Origin: an uncultured virus (IMG/VR IMGVR_UViG_3300010885_058378) | Lineage: Duplodnaviria > Heunggongvirae > Uroviricota > Caudoviricetes | Virus record (IMG/VR): IMGVR_UViG_3300010885_058378 | Location: 111,482 to 131,481 of that record | Reading direction: 5' to 3' (one strand) | Length of the DNA: 20,000 nt | Shown: positions 9,101-13,184 of the stretch, one piece after another | How positions within the stretch are numbered: the stretch's first letter is position 1 | How the letters are laid out: each line of letters opens with the position of its first letter | The notes under the pieces: model-generated | What the model saw: the letters and a program-made list of their open reading frames with translations, nothing else | Databases searched by the model: none | Told to the model about the DNA's origin: nothing | Translations under genes and position numbers: made by a program

Positions 9101-10650
9101 TTACCATCTGGTCCTCTTTTAACTCCAGTACTAAAACCACTAGCAAATTGAGTTAAAGCTTTGGCACCCTTAAATGCTGTTATAACAGCAAGAGCGGGTA
9201 ATATTCCTTTAACAGCATCTGTCACTTTAATTAGTCCACTAGCTAAACTTAAAGCTCCTCTTATTAATGACTGAAAACCTTTTGATTGTCCTATTTCTCT
9301 GAATAGAGCAAAAAACTCTTGTCTTACTTTGCTAATCTGATTTGCTAAAGAAAGTTGTGCAGTTGCGGCGTCTTTCGCTAACGATCCTTGGCCAGCTTGA
9401 GCGGTCTTTAATGCTTCTTGAGCAACTGTGAACTGCTGAATAAGCGGAATAACTTTACCTATTTGTCGGAATCCACCAAGTTCTTCAACTATCTTAGAGA
9501 ACTGAGCAGTTCTTGGATCAATTCCACTCAACCCCTTACTTAATAATTCAACAGCTTTATATGCTCCTACGAATTTACCTTCGGTATCAGTTAGATTAAC
9601 TCCAAACTCTTTGAGAGAATCAATTGTGCTTCCTCTCTGAATACGAGTAAAAATAGTTCTTAAACCAGTAGCAATAGTTTCAGCACTTTCACGAGTTGTA
9701 GCACGAACACTTGTAAACACTGCTATAAATTCATTTAAAGCATCCTTACCTTCACTAACTCCTTTACTTGCAGTTGCAAATACGCTACCCGTTCTTTGAA
9801 CAGCAGTAATAATGTCAGAAGATTCAACGGCGAATTTTGCAGCAACAGTATTTACAGCACCTAGTGCTCCTTCTAAATCATCAGCACTAATACCAAACTG
9901 TCTCATTAATGCGATACTTCCTTCTACTGTCTCATTCATATTATCAAATGATGGAGCTAAACTACTTAAAGCTAAAGCTCTTAATGCTTTTTCTGTTTCT
10001 CTCGCACTCAAACCAGCCTGTGCTAATGTAGAAGCAACAGAGGTTAAATCTTTAGAACTAACACCAAATGTTGTTGATAGATTTGTAATTTGTTCTTGTA
10101 GTTTGGCAAGACCGGTTGACGATTCACCAGTAACTTGTTGTAGTTTAACTAACTCTTTATCATAATCAATAAATGCTTGAACACCCTGACTAATACTATT
10201 TGTTAATCCGTATATAACACTAGTAACAGTACTAAATGCTACGAATCTTCTAATGGCAAGACCAGCCTGTTTACCGAACTCTTGCATCTCTGCTGATGCT
10301 GATCCAAGATCTTTTGCTGATGAGGCTGATGCTTTGTTAAGTTTATTAACAGCATTAGCTGCCGCATTGATTTGTTGTGGAACATTATTTATTTTGACAC
10401 TATTTATACTATTACCAAAAGCTTTGATAGCTGCCGAGGCAGCAGTAGCAGATGTTGTTGTTGAACCAAATGCTGCATTTAAGCCTTTTAGGGACGAGGA
10501 CAAAGCCGCAACATTTTTAGTAACAGCAGGATCAAGCTTAAAAGTAATATTTGCATTAATGTTACCAAGATCTTTTTTAATTTGTGCAGCAATTTGCTTT
10601 ACATTTGTTGGTCCTTGTAAATTCAGTTGTGCAGTTAAGTTGAATGCCAT
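1..10650 (-). CDS. Giant tape measure protein carrying multiple enzymatic cargo domains (at least 3550 aa, 3' end outside the window)
   Basis: Hand translation from ATG at 10650 (MAFNLTAQLNLQGPTNVKQIAAQIKK...) found no stop down to base 1. AGGA Shine-Dalgarno lies 10 nt upstream. It has an N-terminal Ala/Ser-rich helical TMP core and sits downstream of the tail tube and chaperone-position genes. It is probably absent from the ORF track because its stop is outside the window. Confidence 0.93.
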   Translation of the reverse strand, partial: MAFNLTAQLNLQGPTNVKQIAAQIKKDLGNINANITFKLDPAVTKNVAALSSSLKGLNAAFGSTTTSATAASAAIKAFGNSINSVKINNVPQQINAAANAVNKLNKASASSAKDLGSASAEMQEFGKQAGLAIRRFVAFSTVTSVIYGLTNSISQGVQAFIDYDKELVKLQQVTGESSTGLAKLQEQITNLSTTFGVSSKDLTSVASTLAQAGLSARETEKALRALALSSLAPSFDNMNETVEGSIALMRQFGISADDLEGALGAVNTVAAKFAVESSDIITAVQRTGSVFATASKGVSEGKDALNEFIAVFTSVRATTRESAETIATGLRTIFTRIQRGSTIDSLKEFGVNLTDTEGKFVGAYKAVELLSKGLSGIDPRTAQFSKIVEELGGFRQIGKVIPLIQQFTVAQEALKTAQAGQGSLAKDAATAQLSLANQISKVRQEFFALFREIGQSKGFQSLIRGALSLASGLIKVTDAVKGILPALAVITAFKGAKALTQFASGFSTGVKRGPDGKANGGVIRKFARGGVVPGTGSGDTVPAMLEPGEFVIRKKAVETIGSDNLHNMNKYGGGGSIRAGSAKKRQRFANAGMVTQGGKLYDDIDPLPFAKSNKANAGKLKASDGDSIAVEVDPTPELFNKKYKKPDNKTLLYPKEQGRFKTSSRLDGVDAFEMRLSKQEREVYGASGGPASASNREKARAAKQITIDFITDLGAENVSQAFKDTNQVDVYGRPLLKLQSLNDTLIKAAVAKEHGTGPGQDIIQSDKLANRLKIMQNNEGFGNVKTSSWDRVIRDDYMFNYLPEGDPDRIINNKIQRRTRKIPTLDDNGFVKKMKETKGLARFMVGGKAKETRSFGSGTFPFPKRISNAYFKEIDAKLNKEQVDKAFSGGSFLEYPEDFRFKVDQAKATEAFDSMPFDRKQFADSFKSKLANSAIYRRMSDFAKFIGLPREDLSLALPNHIDFTDLGLRGLGQFDRTGTGTKRTSGYDLSSSGYTEANDQDLYGYEKLVAEKQKELKKIIKTQVKTFDDGSFSYDEALAKQTWDEINDLQMKISNTKKLKNQAELTAMDQMQTTAKATGRGAITMSTGRLSGRKNDTFYHEMTHQLFQGLRTRSSESFDKYKSRVVSLFGGDNNDLADAFDSLESSYNSSDVVYGRSYKVGTLDQIIQQNRSISRGDKPAKTPEAATAASSLWAKSLGIKKAKDFKPLNPEVNQALLDNSISQSYIDRIEDSGKEEFLTTLVQNYPRLDSNLQGALDSTLTDLLGSAGIQRQTYAAGGKVERKIGIIDTDVLRDPANASIVDKAMEKLGITDVSDYTTKLGELSAKARKTGSLSRLTAIAGAAGSGKSSLATGFSANDDASLRKTIRSQILTPEDIDKVNEVIAITSTASESKLDAYLRDVDRAYILSSNTQSEQEKLRANREQRDATGQGLYGRKPGTTRGADTDFGLEETILRDELGKKATVLGRKSDGFGLRRKKENELPEIVQAGGFYMGGFAPPTRGHRGALDTLLENMLAKNPSSSLEDILVSVAPDLPMIVGKEGIDHAARYGIFPADIRTLFSKMNFGNAMISTQGQPAGSLPKFMEVIGDGDRRKFARLKGAMAITSGKDDKVLGKYQRAGIDVKDIPRIEDISATAVRDALFHGDDKSLANLMNPDIASILMGNRSQLRNRSTMVPMLIEEIQKFVDQEKIRSNDEVSQILSNAPGGPYGNVSADLKKNYPEIADQVKQIRDKRDRVSKGAFGYRAFNIISALSAKYPEIYGLDPSRKSAVSTQPSDITKEAIAAQLSEQMSGEFGGVPTAMPSGLEEAILKNVEKATQVKKSSGILPAQGTEILKRFGTDRLPNDASFGPFSGKTVRDTAEGGKLKYWNSAFRPETKADKLAYYIATRDYLIDKFKQSQGTQKATTLAETTNAVLSSKQLGLVGLNPLGYTGLLGPETWNLGVDSSGQERSIDASIVQRGLPNQYQNVIDYLSGQTEEIVGGASKLLGIEPKKLSKKQRETLGQGNIEGALLEQIFGSADATILDDALRTRPIDFPMGIGPKAAKIFGIDPDIPTEVKRTIDSNSRGKAVEEFQKHFRQQYGIPEPVKEDIQMLSDGGWVRGSYSPPDIAARAKTLGMSQEELTAKLEERLDNRYKDYAIPDWEINKRFGLIPSKKTSPEQERYELAQANKQKRIQEAMEKQGRKPKEFETKTNDEKMWRKNRGYATGGKVKLYHGSNTGVDDSVLKSFKEKGALSNIAKGYGQGEGFYLYTEKNKAEQQAKMRVNGGSNFTVAQGDRSGKPMVLSFDETLDPKTYDLDYELQKGLVVQWMHDNYDTLKDKYAPTENQTGLKGKFDKNPDAGMMSVGVRVQEGSQTLKSEDGTEFTLPGGSRKSIYAGSEGDVREGALLGQLMSRIQSGDPELINSFESKLFEKPLGLALKYVGSSPLKPTNIETFAQGGQAGISSKDTVPALLTPGEFVVNKKAAEKIGYGKLETLNKADKLQGYNKGGVVGGGVIQRFATGGSVFSIEEIMKALKGFAEPAVQKLKTRPETIDSKSIEASSELVNNIKLLTKGFEEAGYSMISFKKVLEQVGAGADISYKDIEKAMTKDVERLKITGASIDTIIAAEKALKNVRDQAKTAVVKRQFLEAGLKESKKGKVLGSGGAQQAILTEADRIEKSIKAQREKQLTQSLSGGPGGYGPSFGNASQIKEEVKRRLDEQAKEIKEMSFSSATQKVTGIKKSELSDMGIGGSDIQSYISQSMTDRKTLAQMDKQLIAMRLEEYKNAGTVRGVSVKSASEALSLAKEEVGKRREMINEMAKEQGEKGVGAGGLTDWRNSPIKKAVQERYFSGTASQGIGTALGDVGMVAGLVGGQGKNIANLMYDTSTDEGKIAAAGKGAAIEQAGSTLATGLTTASQLMAINPLLGGLAALGTVVYATTDYFTDFTGAQKTAALEMEKNLRFEEVAASEKDLAKAFKDFEKDIGNIDLQKALDKALVRSSESSLKAVSAETKVAQNEKGKTRTWTEFLSGAEKPKMDTQDFNELDSKIAERNADSGDKAFALISQKINTGASVESIQADKELIGARRALVLADEDALKTVRARIMEEGGYEKVSKEKQDAILDEVANQKILTNVQVQSAIKTKQMSDALEAADKAGRKLAASFEKLSSIISESVNRIKFESDVRKSSAEESRSALRGESQDRGPKLRELNVLENPNAYSEKDFNQALQSATAGVDEKTRNQLIGGAQLQQQLPNAITKSIAEKLNTNANLNVDQAKTEAIKTTNEQIDKTNLSDEQKTSLKKQAETRINNLAEESKKKNDTPQAELDAFREGLGEADNILGAFGVKTLEAVKALSSFKQGALADFSEGLRDASKAAKDSQNYFKKSRDISTQGNRNLREVMTGVGETYGEKQARVMGDVAGLAGGQTSVGGIKNRIVDLQAQRTAVEEKRQGMSDPDELKKSAIQLRSLDDQLRDTREALDTLASSTELVEKAFDDLKNVRDLQKNRESFVNTLLTNTPEEADKLNKTFIRLQRNLSGGLNGASNQRDARKAFNQTLRETGSVREAT
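3136..3342 (-). repeat. Copy 2 of the FAxGG...DTVPA.L.PGEFV...YxxGG TMP module
   Basis: FAQGGQAGISSKDTVPALLTPGEFVVNKKAAEKIGYGKLETLNKADKLQGYNKGGVVGGGVIQRFATGG, clearly paralogous to 8926..9102. Confidence 0.9.
3343..4020 (-). other. ADP-ribosyltransferase-fold cassette (H-Y class, PARP/diphtheria toxin-like) within the TMP
   Basis: KLYHGSN (LYHGS 4011..3997) followed by YGQGEGFYLYTEKNKAEQQA (GQGEGFY 3921..3901), matching the YHG[ST]...G.G[FIV]Y NAD-binding signature. The third (Glu) catalytic residue was not identified. Confidence 0.72.
4036..4353 (-). other. Small cassette (about 105 aa), possibly XRE-type HTH-like
   Basis: Bounded by LSDGG and YATGG. IAARAKTLGMSQEELTAKL...AIPDWEINKR resembles the XRE HTH pattern (G.TQ.ELA.KL...IS.WE.G.R) with an insertion. 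Confidence 0.3.
4380..4900 (-). other. Probable PD-(D/E)xK nuclease-fold domain within the TMP
   Basis: GNIEGALLE helix (4635..4609), RPIDF (PIDF 4554..4543) and TEVKRT (EVK 4482..4474) occur in the canonical motif I-II-III order. The N-terminal boundary is approximate. Confidence 0.55.
5650..6190 (-). other. HxGH-superfamily nucleotidyltransferase domain (NMNAT/NadD/CoaD-like) within the TMP
   Basis: FYMGGFAPPTRGH (GGFAPPTRGH 6171..6142) fits GxFxPx(T/H)xGH. The C-terminal ISATAVR (5757..5737) fits the ISS/AT.IR motif. Confidence 0.85.
6200..6816 (-). other. P-loop kinase-like domain within the TMP
   Basis: Hydrophobic strand plus Walker A, LTAIAGAAGSGKSSLA (GAAGSGKS 6630..6607). A later Arg-rich segment LRANREQRD could be a kinase lid. 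Confidence 0.75.
6840..8109 (-). other. Zincin metallopeptidase cassette within the TMP
   Basis: GAITMS strand followed by TFYHEMTHQLF (HEMTH 7353..7339). A distal helix KEEFLTTLV (EE 6948..6943) is a candidate third Zn ligand. Bounded by FMVGG and YAAGG. Confidence 0.7.
8390..8800 (-). other. Staphylococcal nuclease (thermonuclease, SNase) domain within the TMP
   Basis: All four SNase motifs occur in order: DGDSI (DGDS 8781..8770), RLDGVDAFE (8658..8632), DVYGR (8466..8452) and LNDTLIKAAVA (about 8430..8398). Confidence 0.85.
8926..9102 (-). repeat. Copy 1 of the FAxGG...DTVPA.L.PGEFV...YxxGG TMP module
   Basis: KANGGVIRKFARGGVVPGTGSGDTVPAMLEPGEFVIRKKAVETIGSDNLHNMNKYGGGG. Confidence 0.9.
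9320..10260 (-). other. Tape measure core domain (TP901/PhageMin_Tail-like)
   Basis: FIDYDKELVKLQQVTG...LSTTFGVSSKDL...LAQAGLS...VAAKFAVESSDI...ESAETIATGLRTIFTRI...LKEFGVNLTDTEGKF is the typical TMP core pattern. Confidence 0.88.
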
Positions 10651-10660
10651 AATTTGATTG

Positions 10661-10664
10661 TCCT
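10661..10664 (-). promoter_or_regulatory. Shine-Dalgarno (AGGA) of the giant TMP gene
   Basis: Minus strand reads TTAGGACAATCAAATT-ATG. Confidence 0.7.
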
Positions 10665-10680
10665 AATTAATTATTTAGCT

Positions 10681-10725
10681 AAAAAAATATTCCCAGCCAC
10701 AAGAAAAATCTCATGGTTGGGAATA
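10681..10725 (-). terminator. Rho-independent terminator directly upstream of the TMP gene
   Basis: Minus strand TATTCCCAACCATGAGA-TTTT-TCTTGTGGCTGGGAATA followed by T7. The stem is 17 bp with one mismatch and two G-U pairs, and the loop is 4 nt. Confidence 0.85.
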
Positions 10726-10752
10726 CTAAAAAGAAGAATTATGTTATAAAAA

Positions 10753-11652
10753 CTAAGCTGGAGCAACCTCTTTTGATTCAGAAACGACGGGCTGAGCTGG
10801 TTGGGTCTCTGGCTCGACTGTTTCTGTTTTTGCTGTTGGTTCATCTTTTTTGTCTTCTTCTAAGATAACTGGGTTTCCGTTTTCATCTAGGAAAGGCTGT
10901 GCATCAACGAGATAATCTCCATCAGAAGTTACTCTGTTGCCATACTTGTCAACAAAATTACCTTCTTCGTCTATGAATCTTCCACTCTCATCAATCAGCC
11001 TACCTTCCGCATCAATTAGTCTGCCCTTCTTGTCTACTAATCGTAGCTTATCATCAACAAATTTAAACTTCTTTAAGAATTTGTTTTCTGGTAAATTACT
11101 TTCGTAGTCATTATCCAAACCATACAGCATATTGGCCAAGTTTTGTGCTCCTAGTAGTCCAACCTGATCAGTTGATCTATTAAGATAGTCTTCCATATTA
11201 TTAAAATACGGTTGCTTGCTATCATTATACACCACACAAACACTAACTAAATAGTTAAATCTAGCATTATCAGCTTGACCTTCAGCACTATGGTTGTCTA
11301 GAGATGTACGAACACTGATAAGATCTCGTATTTCATCTCTGACGCCCTTCATTTTAATCGCAAGGTCTTTGGCTTCGTTTAAACTAAATCCACCCTTAGC
11401 AAGCCTCTTCTCGCCATCAAGCAACTCTTTTTGCAAGGTGGTGAACTTAGCCTGTTTTTCATCATTCCATAATCCTTGATCTTCTAATAGATCGTCTAGT
11501 TTTGCCCTTACAACACTTTTGCTTTTAATAGCATCAGTAAAAGCTTGATTATAAACTTTCTGAGCCTCTCTTTGATCATTTAAAGACGGTGTTTTAACAA
11601 GAAACTCTTTTTCTGCACCATCAACTGTTGTTTTAAAAGTCTTAGTCTTCAT
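10753..11652 (-). CDS. Putative tail assembly chaperone with 7-aa repeats and an acidic tail (299 aa)
   Basis: Immediately precedes the TMP gene. The N-terminus has a chaperone-like strand-strand-helix pattern (KTFKTTVDGAEKEFLVKTPSLNDQ). Start revised from TTG 11679 to ATG 11652 because AAGGAG precedes that ATG. Function inferred from position. Confidence 0.55.
   Translation of the reverse strand: MKTKTFKTTVDGAEKEFLVKTPSLNDQREAQKVYNQAFTDAIKSKSVVRAKLDDLLEDQGLWNDEKQAKFTTLQKELLDGEKRLAKGGFSLNEAKDLAIKMKGVRDEIRDLISVRTSLDNHSAEGQADNARFNYLVSVCVVYNDSKQPYFNNMEDYLNRSTDQVGLLGAQNLANMLYGLDNDYESNLPENKFLKKFKFVDDKLRLVDKKGRLIDAEGRLIDESGRFIDEEGNFVDKYGNRVTSDGDYLVDAQPFLDENGNPVILEEDKKDEPTAKTETVEPETQPAQPVVSESKEVAPA
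10912..11058 (-). repeat. Tandem 7-aa repeats [VI]D-x-x-G-[RN]-[LF]
   Basis: VDDKLRL VDKKGRL IDAEGRL IDESGRF IDEEGNF VDKYGNR VTSDGDY. Confidence 0.9.
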
Positions 11653-11944
11653 ATCTATCTCCTTCTTTCTTTTTATCAAAGTTAAATTGATATTTTTGTT
11701 TTACTGTTCCGTTATTTCCAAAATAATTGCTAAGATCATCAATTGCTGATCGTGCTTGTTTATTTCCATTATTGAGTATGCTATTTCTAGCATATTCCCA
11801 CATATCTTCAAATTCTTCAGCTTCTTTGCTATCATTTTCCCATAAATGTCCAAAAATAGCTTCGAATCTTGCTAGTGAGCCAATCATTGTGGTTTGAAAT
11901 TTTTTATATACATTATCTACTAATATTTTTTGTTCGTTTGTCAT
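11642..11944 (-). CDS. Hypothetical protein (100 aa) in the tail chaperone region
   Basis: ORF track; fits the operon and overlaps the next gene by 11 nt. Confidence 0.75.
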   Translation of the reverse strand: MTNEQKILVDNVYKKFQTTMIGSLARFEAIFGHLWENDSKEAEEFEDMWEYARNSILNNGNKQARSAIDDLSNYFGNNGTVKQKYQFNFDKKKEGDRYED

Positions 11945-11955
11945 GGTGTTACTTT

Positions 11956-12993
11956 CTATCTTTTTCTTGCTTGAGATGCTTGATTCATTAAATCCATTCT
12001 AACGTCGGGTAAATTCCCGTCATCAACAGAGCCCACTTGCTGAACATAATTCATTTTCTCTTTCATTCTTCTTAAAGAGTCCGGAGAATTTAATCCAATA
12101 ATATCCTCAATTTCTTCCTTGCTTTGTGGTATTAAAAATACTTCCTGGGCATTTTTTAATTTCGGATTCATCTCATCAATTTGGGCTTGTTTTTTCGCTT
12201 TTTGATTTTTCTCTCTTTGATGAATCATCCAACCGTCTAACATATCGTCATCTTCAATAACATTATCTGACGGACACTCAGGATGATCATAAATATTATC
12301 ATACATTCTAGTTACGCTAACTGTTGTACGCTGATCATCTGTCCAGTCACATACTGCTTTATTAAAAACTTTTTCTTTATTGCAGTTCCAGTATGATCTC
12401 CACATGGAACTTCGTGCTAATTCTTTATATGAGTCTATTGCTATGTTTTTTTTATTAACTTCTGTTACTAAATCATTAAAGTAAATATATGATGCTTGGT
12501 CACTAGATACTTGTTTGGGAAAAACTCTCATATTATTTTTAAATAATGTATTACAAAGTATATACTCATTTTTTATGGATGATGCATATCCTTCTAAACT
12601 ATGAGAAAATAGATCGTTTTTATAGTCCATAATTTTATTTAATTGATTTCTATATTCACTTAATGATCTTTTAATTTTTTTTACTTTATCTGATAATGCT
12701 GCTGATAAAAACATATCCACTTTGCTTCTTTCAATCTTTTTTTCTATATCTTTAATAATCTTGTTTGTGTCCTTTGACCACAGACCCAAACTAATTAGCA
12801 TATTGTCTAAATCTTCTGCTCTAATCCAATCATTATATTTTTCATCATTAATAATACTATCATATAATATTTGAGCTTCATACTTAATATCAACAGACGA
12901 GTTTTTTAGCTCATATTGCTCATTTTTATATGTGAATAATATTTTTCCTGATAACACTCTATATAATAATAATTCCAGATCAGCATCAGTCAT
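11956..12993 (-). CDS. Hypothetical protein (345 aa), candidate tail assembly chaperone
   Basis: Long helical ORF between the tube and TMP genes, with a Trp/acidic block (ARSSMWRSYW...YDNIYDHPECPSDNVIEDDDMLDGW). Function inferred from position only. Confidence 0.55.
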   Translation of the reverse strand: MTDADLELLLYRVLSGKILFTYKNEQYELKNSSVDIKYEAQILYDSIINDEKYNDWIRAEDLDNMLISLGLWSKDTNKIIKDIEKKIERSKVDMFLSAALSDKVKKIKRSLSEYRNQLNKIMDYKNDLFSHSLEGYASSIKNEYILCNTLFKNNMRVFPKQVSSDQASYIYFNDLVTEVNKKNIAIDSYKELARSSMWRSYWNCNKEKVFNKAVCDWTDDQRTTVSVTRMYDNIYDHPECPSDNVIEDDDMLDGWMIHQREKNQKAKKQAQIDEMNPKLKNAQEVFLIPQSKEEIEDIIGLNSPDSLRRMKEKMNYVQQVGSVDDGNLPDVRMDLMNQASQARKR

Positions 12994-13129
12994 CCTTGTT
13001 CCTGGTTTGTTTTAACTTTAGAATTTCAGAATCCTTGTCCTTTAACTGCTGCTGTAAACGCTCTAGCAGTTTTTGCATATTATACATGTCTACATATAAT
13101 TTTCCTACTATACTAAATAGCTCATCCAT
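12986..13129 (-). CDS. Small coiled-coil protein (47 aa), not in the ORF track
   Basis: MDELFSIVGKLYVDMYNMQKLLERLQQQLKDKDSEILKLKQTRNKDD*. AGGA lies 5 nt upstream, and the ORF overlaps the start of the next gene by 8 nt. Confidence 0.75.
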   Translation of the reverse strand: MDELFSIVGKLYVDMYNMQKLLERLQQQLKDKDSEILKLKQTRNKDD

Positions 13130-13184
13130 AGTTGTCCTAAGTCCTGTTCAATATCCCTTGTCTGCTTACAAATTTAAATAATTA

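Noticed and set aside
3136..9102. Cargo region interpreted as an intein, intron or mobile-element insertion
   Set aside because: No intein C/S start with HN end motifs, LAGLIDADG or HNH homing motifs, transposase or terminal inverted repeats were recognised, and the frame is continuous.
1..10650. Apparent 10 kb gene-poor region suggesting stop-codon reassignment or non-coding DNA
   Set aside because: It is one open frame in the standard code that lacks a stop in the window. TAA, TAG and TGA all end genes normally elsewhere (for example TAG at 11956 and 10753).
1088..10657. Plus-strand ORFs of 60-134 aa in the track (for example 1088..1294, 4277..4639, 9812..10165, 10253..10657)
   Set aside because: Antisense shadows of the giant minus-strand TMP frame, with Ser/Leu/Phe-rich composition and no recognisable motifs.
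11642..11679. T AAA AAG slippery-like site joining the 100-aa ORF to the 299-aa ORF, and the TTG start at 11679
   Set aside because: The downstream ORF is in the +1 frame, so a -1 slip would not fuse them. ATG 11652 has its own AAGGAG RBS.
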